Below, piece by piece: positions 46,611-58,735 of a stretch of 64,000 nucleotides of DNA; the stretch's first letter is position 1; every line of letters starts with the position of its first letter. The position numbers and the translations under genes were made by a program. The DNA is from Podarcis bocagei (lineage: Eukaryota), in assembly GCA_964188305.1 (NCBI GenBank), contig OZ076894.1, one strand, 5' to 3'. The notes under the pieces were generated by a model. That model was not told where the DNA came from. It worked only from the letters and a program-made list of their open reading frames with translations, and made no database searches.

Positions 46611-49306
46611 AGACTACAACTTCCAACATCCCTAAACCTTGGCCATGGTGGCTGCGGTTAAGGCGAGTTGTAGTCCAGTAATACCTGGAGGGCAACAAGA
46701 TGGCTGCCCCCTTCAATCGCTGAATGCATTAGAAGCACCTGCTACACATTACTTTTCACCTGTTCCTCAGCAAATCTATAACAGTAGTTAACTTGGGTAG
46801 TATGGGAAGTAGCCAGCATTTCAACTGAGGGCCACAGAAACACAACCTTAACACAGAAGCAACTTGTGTAAAATTACCAAATGTTAAGTATGTGATAAAG
46901 TGCAAACTGCTCCTTTTCTTTCATACTGACAGTTGGCTTAAAAATCCTTCTCCTTAATCATAGTATTTCTTTCAAGGATCCATGCCCTGAATCCTAATTG
47001 TTGTTGTTAACCAACTTTTCCATGTGGAAGTTACAGTGTGAAAAGAAAGCAACTAGCCCTGGATTAAAATAAATAAATAAATAAATCTGTAGGAATCTAA
47101 AATATTTTTTCCCAAGATTTTCACCTCCTAGGTTAATCTCCTTATATTTGTTGGGTATATGTATATGGATCTCTCACACTTATTCATTTTTAGTTTAAGC
47201 TAACAAAGTCATTTGTTATTTCTTAAAGTCTCTTTAAATAAACTTATTGATTGGCTGGTTGCAATGAAACTGACATTTTAAGAATGTGTCACAAAAGACT
47301 TGCAGACTACCATTGATTGTTTTTGAACGGACAGCCACTATCAATTACTTCTGGTTGATTTATTTATGATACCTGAGAAAACAGAGCTGTGCAACCCAGA
47401 CTGTTCTGACACAGGCAGAGAGCACAATAGGCTCTACCACATCTGGGGATAAAGTTGCAAAACTGGGAAAATGTGGCAAAATATCATTTCTAATGATACG
47501 GTCTGAAAAGGTGCAGTAATTGCCACGAAAGGATACTTAGAATACAAACTAATAAATAATTATGATTCTTTTTTTTTAAAAAAGGAAAGCTGATTCAGCC
47601 AGGAAAAATGATAAAATAGATTAACCACATGCATTTAGTAAAAAGTGATAATGGCGTAAGACATCCAGACTTCTCACTGGCTTTTCCTCGCAGATGGATT
47701 TTCATGGCTGTAAACCAAGACAAAATCTGGACAAAAGAGTGTGGAAGTATTAACAGAACAATTCAACATACCTTTCTCTGAGGAAGACTTTTACTACTCT
47801 CTGCTTTCAAATATCCAGAGAAAAGGGATTTAAAGGTCCTGGCAAAAAAGTCTGTGTGTTTGTGTGACCAAAAGGCCACTTAACGTATTATAATAGTGGA
47901 GGGCCCAAAGAAGAGAGAAGATCGAACCCTAGATTTCATCACTCTATCTTCCCTTTGGATTAGGCTCAGATCCTTCCTGAGCTGAAGCAAACATGAAATA
48001 TCAATTCTGCATTTTACTTCCTCACGCTTAGAAAATTTTTGGGGTAGTCAGCTCCATAGGAAGCAATGTCCTTCACGTCCTGTATATATGCTGTCACCAT
48101 GTACAGCAATGTCCAGTCCTGTCAAGAGTAGTGTGTAACAATCCTCTTATTTACCACTGTCCCTAGACTCTGCTGGGAGTGTGTCATATATCACATGTTC
48201 CACAGCATCTTTGGACACTGCTCCACATGCTCTCAGTTGCATCCTGCTAGGCTAGGAACCATGGGAGCTAAAAAAGACCTTGTCTCATTATTTCAAGGGA
48301 AAGGCTATAGAGGAAAGAAAGGGCTCAGGAAAATCTGGAGGGCCTTGATTTCACACTGATTTCATGCTGTTGGCAAAGCATATGAGGATCATCTGCTGGG
48401 TCTGGATCAGAAACAAGTTAGACATGTGTGCCTGTATCTGGATTCTTTCATGAACCCTGGCACTTCAAGCAACTAATCTGTCATTCTGGCCCTATATGTC
48501 AGTTATAAAAACCCATTTATCACCCTATAAGACAGGCTGAGGCCCATAAGTATTGAGTGCCCACACTCTTTCTATCATGCCTATATCTTTTAGTGCTCCT
48601 TTAGTGCTAACACTTGTTTCGCTCCCTCTCTCCAAACAGTTTTCAAGTCCTATTTTCCTTCTCCCATGTAGTCTTCATTTGTCTCTTACAGCAGTCTCAC
48701 TTCAAACCATGGCTCTGTCATCAACCCACATACAAAGTACTTTTCAGGAGTAGTTTCATGTTCAGTAGCTGGTGGCTCAATGAACTGCTTACCTTATCCT
48801 TGCCCCCCCCCCCTTTAGTGACACCACCATAGTTGCTGAGCTTGCAGCCCAGGTACTTCTGTCAGGGAACCTATCACAATTGGGTCAATGGGAACCTTGC
48901 TTCATCATTTTAACCATTAATTTATTAGCAAGGATACAGTGGTACAAGTGATTTCTTTATGTACAGCCCCAGCTAAATTACAGATTTCTAACTGGGTCTA
49001 CAAAGTGACCCATTTGGGGGGGAAATCAAGCATTAAATTTCTTTTTACTGTACTTATGATGCCCAATAAAAGTGATTTGAAAAGACTTCCATGTGTGGTT
49101 GAGATAAAATGTCCAAATTGCATTTTAAAAGGCTACTTATAGAATAATAGCTAGTGTCCTCATTATCAGCTTAGCACACAATATGGAATACAGACAGTGA
49201 AACTATTCAAAAGGAATTACTGAAATCCAAAGTAATAAAGTATTTTCAAATATGCAGCTATTGTTTTTAATGAAAGCAAGATTTAGTATTTGAAAACAGC
49301 TCTTAC

Positions 49307-49521
49307 TTGAGTATGCGAGGGTGGTAAGCCTTTTCGGCCATATACTCCAATCAATGCATCTTTCTGAAGGGAGATATTGAATTTTAGAAACTGTGGCTGA
49401 TCAATGAAGACCTGTGACCTCCAGAAGATCCCAGGAGGAACCTCTTGTGTTGCTCTTCGGCCTATATCAAGTTCTCCAGAATCTATAGTATTGTTTTCTT
49501 GTGCAAATCCTCCTAATTTTC
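49307..49521 (-). CDS. TENM3: Teneurin-3 exon (G)[71 protein letters not shown]
   Basis: Not in the ORF track; read by hand. ctcAG|GA AAA acceptor, CAA|GTAAGA donor; 215 nt, phase 1-0. Confidence 0.95.
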
Positions 49522-50921
49522 CTGAGAGATTAAAAAAATATATTAAGACATCAAATATTTGCTTTCAGTTATCCTTTAAATAAGCAGTCAAATATTTAGA
49601 CTAGTTTCAACTGAAATATTACTTAAGAATCATTCAGAGAATGTTAACGATCCTAGGGAATTCACTGAAGAGCTAACAACACAAGGGCAGCTTACATAAA
49701 TACCTTCAAAGTCAAAATCCCACAACTTCCCCAAGGTATATTGTTAAGGCAAGTGTTGTAGGACATACTCTCATTCTGATCACTCTTAACCTAATTATTC
49801 TGCAAAATATGTATCTTGTTAAGTAGGATTAACTCTGGTGCTTATCATTCTGTCTAAACACAACAGTATGCTTGCAAGTGAAAATTAAGATGAAATGGAG
49901 TATACAGCTTTGCAGATAAATTCTCATGTAAACAGGTAGCAAAACAATCATTGGGATTGATAAGTACAATTTTACGCTACATTAGGTAGTACGGCATTCA
50001 TTTGCACACTAGGAATGCTCTGTGAAGTATTCTTTCAAAGCGTATTCATTTCTGCGAAAAATAATTCAAACTCTGTCTATTTAAATTAGTTACATAACGT
50101 GCACATGCAAAGACACAAATTCAGCCAAATTTTGGGGGGAAATGGGATTTCCTGCTTTCAATATATGACGAGATATCTCTTGAAACAACATACTTTGAGC
50201 ATATGAAAATATGATTATGATGCCTCATCCTTCTATTCTAACCACAGAACATTACAATCTATAACCTACTCAAGTGAAGCATCAGTGTTAATTGTGTTAT
50301 ATATATCATTCTCTAGATAGTGCATATTCCTTAAAACATTTCAATAAATTTGGTTTCTGTACAAAAATATAGTCTCTCATCATTGAAACTCCTCTTTAAA
50401 ATTAGCTGCCATGCAACATATGTAAAGCTTTCCCCATTCTGCAGCGCACCTATCCTGTCAGCTATTACTAATACCTCTACTCTTTTTTTTTCTACCTTTA
50501 AATTGCTTAGCACAGTGCTATTGATAAATGGTGCAGGGTGCTTTCAGAAAGGTAGATAAAACAAGCTTTGAATTTTCTGCATCTCTAAATTGGGTGAAAA
50601 GCAACGTTTGAGCAAAACCTACATTTGATTTTCAAAATCCCCTCTTCTGCTTTCTGTAGTGCTTTAATAACACCAACAAGTAGAGACTTAAAAGTGTAGC
50701 ATCACCTGTGAAAACTATTAATGGATCATACATATGTCAGAGGTATTGGGATAATGAAAGTATCTTTTAAAATATGTTGTAAGAACATTTCATCATTAAT
50801 TTTTTTTTACATAATGGCATTAAAAGATGCTGTAAACATAGGACAAGATCAAATAAAGCAAAAGATGCTAGCTGCTATGTATTTTGAATACTGTACTTCC
50901 CAAGTTTAGATTAGGTATGAG

Positions 50922-51700
50922 TGTCTAAGTCCGCTCACCTCTCTTGGTGTGTCGGCGTTGCTGGTTAGAAGAGGCTTCACTGGGGCCCTGACAGTGGAAT
51001 TCAAATGGCAGGGCCCTTCCTGATAGGCGGAGGGGGCATATGCCCCCGTTGCTTATCAGGAGCTGGATCTTAGCCTGCACCCTGCATTGGCAAATGGGGA
51101 TGCAGGCTGGGACGTGGGCTGTGCCAGGAGTCGAAGCCAATGGTAGGCTTCCCTTGGATCCGCCCCCTCACCGAGGGCACAGCCTGTTTGTTCCTGCGCC
51201 AGGTTTTCCCCCATCCCACCCACCCATGGTTTACGCTGATAGGCAATGACTTTGCTGTGGCTATGGTGGTCGCCGTTCTTTACGGGGCTGGGTAGGAATT
51301 TGCCCACCAGGCTAATTGGCACTGATTCAGTGGTTTTGCCTACCTCATAGCAATTCGTCACAACTGGTTGAGCACTGGGGCAATCCCTTGTTTTAGATGG
51401 AAGGGAGGTTGTGGTCCCCACCTGCCCCTCCAAATGCTGAGGTATCCCATTAAAGGGATCCGGGGGGCGTGGCCATGTCCATGTGTCCAGGGCCAAAGGC
51501 ACTCCCCCAGACAGCGGTCCCTGTGGGGGTCACCCTATTTGATGTAAGTCTTAGAAACCCCTGCCTGGACTGACCACGCGTTACTTCCGGCGGGTGAGCC
51601 AGAAGTATTTAGATTGCCCCATGCCCAAGCCAAACCTCTTTCATTGAACTTTATTCAATAAAGTTGTGGCCTGTTTTTACCCAAAACCCAGTCTGATTAT
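50922..51700 (+). mobile_element. GC-rich LTR/DIRS-like element
   Basis: Abrupt GC/CpG-rich block; AATAAAGTTGTGGCC near the 3' end; related fragments at 38 kb and 57.4 kb; class uncertain. Confidence 0.55.
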
Positions 51701-52291
51701 TTATACGGGTTCAATTGAAGTATCAAAATGCTGACTCAGAGGGTGCTATATACAAAACAGCTGAACAGAAAGTTTCTGCACAAATTGAGCTGTTTAAAGT
51801 CCCCTCCAGACCTTTGTGCTAAGCATGTGAAGGTCAGGAAGAGGAAGGAAATCTGGCCTGCAGGGCGCATTGAACCAGGGATAGTCCAAAACTCATTTAG
51901 TCTTCCCATGATCAGATGAAAACCAACAAAGGAGCTCATGTTTTGGGTTAATGCTGATGATAAAGTGGGGACAGTGGGAGAAGAGGGAACATGTGATCTG
52001 ACAGTCCAGATATTTTTATACACTGGGCTCATTTCATGTAGAAGGGATCTGCAATAATTTCATTTTGTGCCTTAAAGTGTGTTGTCATAAAATGTAAAAC
52101 AAAATATTGGTGCTAGGCTTCCTGATAAGCAAAATCTTGTCCCCTAACCCATATGGAAAGTACAGCCAGTAACAACTACTCTAGGTATTTGTATTAACAT
52201 TCCTATATGATTGTTAAAAACAAATTGTTTAAAAGGCTACATTTTCAAATTCTCCTCAGCCCATATTTCAGTGCTCCATAATTTTATTAAG

Positions 52292-52293
<2 letters not shown>

Positions 52294-52336
<43 letters not shown>
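52294..52336. repeat. (CA)n microsatellite, about 21 units
   Basis: Direct reading. Confidence 0.95.
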
Positions 52337-52337
<1 letters not shown>

Positions 52338-55080
52338 CATACATACATAAATCTGTACTTTACTGTATTTAAATATTTACTTAACAACATGAACAATTTT
52401 TTTCTTAAGGATGTACAAAATCAAGACACAACTATGACAATGTTTATTTAGCAAATAGGTAGGCTAAAGTTTAAACAAATCAATAAAAGTAATTATTAAT
52501 TTAATTTAATAATACAAAATGAATTTGGTATAATTTACCAAGACATTAAAAGATTAACAATGCCTGCTGCAGAGCATAGTTTAATATAATTTCAAGCTTT
52601 CAGTGATCATGGGAAGCTTTAAAGGGTATCAAGGAGTAAGATTAAATTTATAGCCAATCAATAGCACACCATCCAATTGCATAACATAACCTTGGAATCA
52701 TACCACCAACTGTGAGATAGCTGAGACAATTCTTTCAAAAACAACTAGCATCATTTCCTAGCACATTTGGTTAGAGTAACTGCAGCTCAAAATAGTTAAA
52801 AACAAGAAAGGTTCTTGTATAAAAATCAATAAACAATCTCATCAGGAGATCATTTAATCAGAATGAAGTATTTCAAACAATATATCAAATATTTTAAATA
52901 GCGTGCGATGGCATTTTTAATCTCGTCTTTTGCTATTTTTCAATGTCTTAAGGTATACAACTTCAGCAAATGATCCTTGAGTACATCAAATGACAAATAA
53001 ATTATTTACATGAAGATTATGCTAATCAGCATTTTATTTTTAATATAAAAGAGTAGTTGAAGAATAATCATCATCTAGAACAGAATAAGCTTGGCTTTTC
53101 TCAAACTGTTTTCTTAATTGTAATCAATATTTTAAATTAACCCACTGACGTTTACAGGGATATTTATTTGAGAACCTAATTTACTTTACTTTTCAAACAT
53201 TTATTGAAATTTCTCAAACTCCCATGGAAGCATGCACAGTAAATGTAACATTAGCTAGCAGAGTTCACCCTCTAAGTGAGAGAGAGCTCAATTACACTGT
53301 ACCTTGTTAAATAGATGGTCTGTTTTTCACAGTGTAATTACTCACATAGGGAAAGTCACAAAATAATTAGGGAGGAATGTTTAGACAATGTGTAATTCTT
53401 TTACGTGTAAGAATTTTTGACATGCAGCACTTATTAAGTAATTACTAGGATTGATTTCTGCATCAGCACTAATCTTTATTTGGTAGCAGCTTGAAAGTCT
53501 GTTTGTAAACATATGAAACAAGTTGGCTTATATTGTACTGTACTGATTGATGCAATGATCACTACAGACTGAACTAAGCCAGTACTGGACTAAATCAGAT
53601 TACATGTTTAAGCTACCTAAGGCATCCTAAATAGACTTTTCCCTGTAGCACACTTCCAATGCACTTTATATCTGAACATTTAGTAGCGTCAGAGTAAACA
53701 TTGCAGATGTGTCCATATCTTAAAAGCTCAATCTTAAACACTTCTCAGAAGTAAGTTCTATTGAAATCATTAGGGCTTACTTCCAGGTAAGTGGGGTTAG
53801 GATTGCGGCCTTAGTCACTTTCCATTTATTTACACATATAATGTATGCCTGTGCCAAGCTCTTAACATCGTTCCATTCAATTCACTTCTCATTTTGTTTA
53901 AAAATAAAGACTGTATAGTTTTCCCGTCATAAAATACAGAACATTCAGAGAAGAACTACAAGTTACAAAGAACAAAACTCTGCTGAAAATGGCAGCCCCA
54001 TGCCAAACGCTCCCGATTCAACTTAACTCTAATATATAATGTCACTGCAGTGTGTCTTTTCCTACTCCTGCCAGCCAACATAGAGCACTGAAATTGGGGA
54101 AATACATGCTGCAACTGTATCAGAACATGAGGAAAGCTGAATTAAGCATTATGGACAATGAGCTTGCCCTTTTTGGCAACAGTCCTGTTTTCATTAAACA
54201 TGCCATTCTATCACCCAGTTGCTAGAAAAAAAATAATGATGGCAGAAGTCAGCCATTTCCCCATACTTCTTACCTAACGTAGACCAGGCAATTTATGATT
54301 CTATTATTCACCCACTAGCAGTTGGGCAACAGTTGACTTGGATATATTAGATCCCACCATGGTCAATATGTGTATGTCCAGCTATCAGCTGAGCCCTTTC
54401 AGCCTTATTCCCAACAACTTTCTAGTCATCACATCACAGCCATGTGCCTCCCATTATGTAACCATACTTTCCACCACAGATGTGGCAGAACTGTCTCCTA
54501 CCTCAAGACATATGAGTATGACTGACAGCAGTAACAGCTATTTCTGTAGGTTATGGGATGGTCATATCTGGCAAGCTCCCACTGCCTTTCCCCACTCAGT
54601 AACCTGCATGCCTTTTATTGAGTGGGTCACAGTGTATACTTGTCATGGATGCAGAGGAGTGGTGGAAGGCACCAGCTGGGGAAACCCCAGAACATGCGGA
54701 GAAATGAAGAGGGAGGAGCAATAAAAGAAAAGACGGTGGAGCCTTAGGGGAAGAAAGCAGTGGGAAGGCGGGGACCTTCAGTCCTCACAACTGCCTCATT
54801 GGGGCAAGACCTACTGGGAAGGGTTGCTGTGATCACTAATACTGAGCTATTTTTTTCTTTGAATAAGGAGTTAACTTCACTGACATCAGGTGCTCTATTG
54901 CTGACTTATGCCTGACTCCAGCTCCTGAATACTATTACTTGTATTGGAGCTGGAGCACAGAGCAAAGCATTAGGCAGCAGCAGCAGGGATGGACTGGGAT
55001 GGACAATGCTCTGGCTGGCATCACTGGTGTCAGGTGACTGCACGACTGGCCCATGGGCCAATTTTGCTGCTGGTCTTAGA

Positions 55081-56030
55081 ATAAGAGAATCTGAAGGACC
55101 CAATGGTCTTCTAGTACAATCCCCTGCAATGCAGGAATCTCAGCTAAAGCATCCATGCTAGATGGCCATCCAACCTTTGCTTAAAGACCTCCAGGGAAGG
55201 AGAGTCCACCACCTCCCGAGGGAGACTCTTCCACTGTCAAATAGCTCTTACTGTCAGAAAGTTTTTCCATATGTTTAGTCAGAATCTCCTTTATTATAAC
55301 TTGAAGCCATTGGTTTGAGTCCTACCTTCCAGAGCAGGAGAAAACAAGCTTGCTCCATCTTCTCTGTGACAGTCCTTTAGTATTTAAAGATGCCTATCAT
55401 ATTTCCTCTCAGTCTCCTCTTTTCCAGGCTAAACATACCTAGCTCCTTCAACCATTCTCATAAGGCTTGGCTTCTAGACCCTTGATCATCTCTGTTGCCC
55501 TCCTCTGTACACGCTCCAGCTTGTCAACATCCTTCTTAAATGGTGGCACCCAGAACTGGACACAGTATTCCAGGTGTGGTCTGACCAAGGCAGAACAGAG
55601 TGGGACTATTATTTCCCTTTATCTGTTGATGCAGCCTAGAATAGTGTTAGTTTGTTTTTGTTTTTTGCTTATGGTCCACCAAGACCCCTAGATCCTTTTC
55701 AAATGTTCTGCTAGTAAGCCAGATGTCCCCCATCCTATATTTGTGCATCTGATTCTTCATGCCTAAGTGCAGAAACTTACATTTGTCCCTATTGAAATTC
55801 TTGTTAGTTTGTGCCCAGTTCTCCAAATGCTAAGGTCATTTCGAATTTTGATTCTGTCTTCTGCGGCATTAGCTACCTTTCCCAGTTTCATATCATCTGC
55901 AAATTTGATTAGCATCCCCTCAATTACTTCATCCAAGTCGTTTATAAAGATGTGGAACTACAATAGGACCAGGACAGAACCCTGTGGCAGCCCACTTATC
56001 ACATTTTTCCAGGATGACAAGGAACCATTA
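55081..56030 (-). mobile_element. CR1 LINE 3' fragment, about 950 bp, degenerate RT end
   Basis: Typical CR1 sequence (cccagaactggacacagtattccaggtgtggtctgacc; tcatctgcaaattt, the FADD motif on the minus strand); overlaps the 5.3 kb fragment in sequence. Confidence 0.85.
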
Positions 56031-58612
56031 ATTGGGTTTGGTCTTGTTGGAGAACAATGAAACCCACCAATCAGTTATTGAGTCGTGAGGGTGACTGAAT
56101 GATTGGGGGGATGAGACAACTTTCTAAATGGTGGGGAAGAGAGGCTTTTCTCAAATGGCACTGATGGAGCCTTTTCTCAAATGGCATTGATGGGGGCAGA
56201 GCATCTTTCCCTCCACCAACTGTCTGTTGCTCAAAGGTCCACAACAATCTAAATGGCAAAAATCCCAAAATATAACATCATTATACTTCCTTTTCCTTTC
56301 GCTGTAACTTGTAGCAGTGTTCCAGTATTGAATGTCATGAAATGTTAACTATCTTGTAGCAAAAACTAGTTATCTGAACAGAATGTACTAGAAATCATCA
56401 ATTATAATGATCTGATTCTTTATCTTTTTTTTAATACCAATACATTAGCAGTTTCAAGAACACATCTCTTTCTCACTCTGTTTGTCACAAATTCCATGAA
56501 ATTGTCAATAATGATAGTGAAAATGAAGTTTTATATAGAAGTTTGCATTCATTAGTCATAGCTGAAGAATGTCGCAGCTGCAGCTGCTGCTATAATGTAT
56601 ATATATTCATTAAATGCACAATAGATTCTCCCCTTGTTCTTTACTTTAAGTAGGAAGCCGCCCACATAAGGATAGAGATAATGGATACCAAAGTACAATG
56701 CACAGATTTGAGGCAAAAAGGAATGAGAGGAGGGATAAAGGAGCATTCTTCTTAGGCAAGATGTCTAAAAAATGGCAGAAATGGGAAATTGAGTCATATC
56801 ATTTCTATAATTTGGAACTGTGATGGGCAGAAAAGTGAACAGAAAAGGCTTCTTCTATCTTCCTCCACAGTGACAGAGGTCACCTGTACACTGTGAATGG
56901 GAAAACAGATTTAAAGAAAATAGTGCAGTAAATACAGTATTCATCAACCATTTAAATAAGGTTTTCCATTTAAAAACTATTGATCTGTTAGCCAAAAGGG
57001 CATGGACTCTTTGAAGTTTTAGAGAAACTTAAAGGGCAACATCAGGGAAAGTCAATAAAATATAATCCCTTTATGTGATTTGTGTTTTAAAAGCTCCTAC
57101 AACAAAATTAATATAGTGTTTGACTTTTATATATTACCTGGCAGAGGCAGATGCAATATGAAATCCTAATACAACTTTCAAAAAAGATAAACACATTGCA
57201 CATGATCTGGTAGATTTCAATAGGAGGGAATCATACATCTTCAATATAACACAAGGAAAGCCTTAAGCACGTTCAAAGAAAGGCAAACAGGCCACACACA
57301 ACTAACACATACAACAATTTAGCCATTCTAGTTTCTTTGTCGCCTATGTAATAATTTACAGTCCGCAGATGCTCAAGAGTTTTTTTCAGGGACTGGGTTT
57401 GCTCCCAGAATTGACCCTGTTGGGAATTATCAGCCAGCAATCAGGTTGGCTGATTCAGGATACATACCCAATGCCCATGCCAAAGCCATTTTTCACCCGT
57501 AATCAATAAAGCAATCTTGTTTCACTGTAAAGTTAATTCCACCTCCACTGATGAACATCAAAGCCCCGTCCCAAAGTGACTATTGCATCCATTTTATGGG
57601 TGTTGTCCCATAATGTAATATCATGGGATGGGAAGATATCTCTTGTGGCTGCTGTAGCTCCAGATGAGCCAGCAGTAGTAGTAAATGGCCTAGGCCCTAG
57701 AGGGAACTGCAGATCTGGGAGTAGTCACAAGACCATCTGTAAGGAAAGTAGATGATAACACCCGCCACAGCCAGACTATATAACACATGTGTTGGCCTGT
57801 GAGGTGATTTCGAGTAATATCCCTTGGCCTTGCCACAGACAGCAGATCACTGCCAGTGGGGGAGACCTCTTTGAGGTAACATCAGTTGTAGTTGCTGCTA
57901 ATGAAGGCAAGGCTGCTAATGGGTAGGGTTCTCCCCCTACAAAAAAAAAAAAATCAATTTCAATGGGCAGATCACTGCCTGATGTACCAGTTTAGGTTTG
58001 CTGGAACTAATGATCTCTAAAGGGTAGGAACTCAATTAATATGCTCCCTGCTTGGAGACTTTTGGATCTAGAAGGATTCCTGAATGCTGTGGATTCCTTG
58101 ATCTGTGGAATGGGGAGGTGACTCAGACAGTTGACACAATCACTATGAGGTATTCTCTCTTACTGTTTTTGAAAGACAAAGAGCAATGAAGTGCTTTGAT
58201 AGGCAGAGTGATGGTGGAGAAAGACGTGGGATGAATCTGAATCTGTTAAGAGCCCATATTAACACTGGCTTGATGGCAGTGAAGGCAGCAAAGAGATCGC
58301 ATAGTGTAGCGTCACCAAATGGAACCATATTCCATGTAGGATAACAAGCGGTTTTTACATTCTGGACCCCATAGTAAGTATGTGTGCACAGTAGACAAGG
58401 CCTATGCAAGGTTACCAAATTTTTAATTCTTCACAGCTATTAAAGATGCAAAGCGCTGCATCACATGCGACTTGGCAGTTCTCGGTTTTCTTCCTTTTAA
58501 AATTGACACTGAAATTTCAATAAAGGACGGAACAATTGTGAAATGAGAGAGAACCTTAATAATATTGATATATGTAAAAGGCAAGCTAAACAGAAGTAAG
58601 ATTCTCTCTTAC

Positions 58613-58735
58613 CATTTTCACCAGAAGGCAATGACACAGTGTGTGTTGGCACAGTATCAGAATTCACTTTTCCATTTTCAAATGTGTCATTTTCAGTCTG
58701 CTGTAACTGCCAGTTGAGGCCAAATAGATGCATTG
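58613..58735 (-). CDS. TENM3: Teneurin-3 exon, juxtamembrane extracellular stalk (A)[40 protein letters not shown](G)
   Basis: cccAG|CA ATG CAT acceptor, AAT G|GTAAGA donor; 123 nt, phase 1-1; peptide matches TENM3 just after the TM helix. Confidence 0.95.

Noticed and set aside
37990-57515. Oppositely oriented repeat copies as drivers of circRNA over the 49.5-41.3 kb exons
   Set aside because: Shared segments are short and diverged, so stable pairing is unsupported
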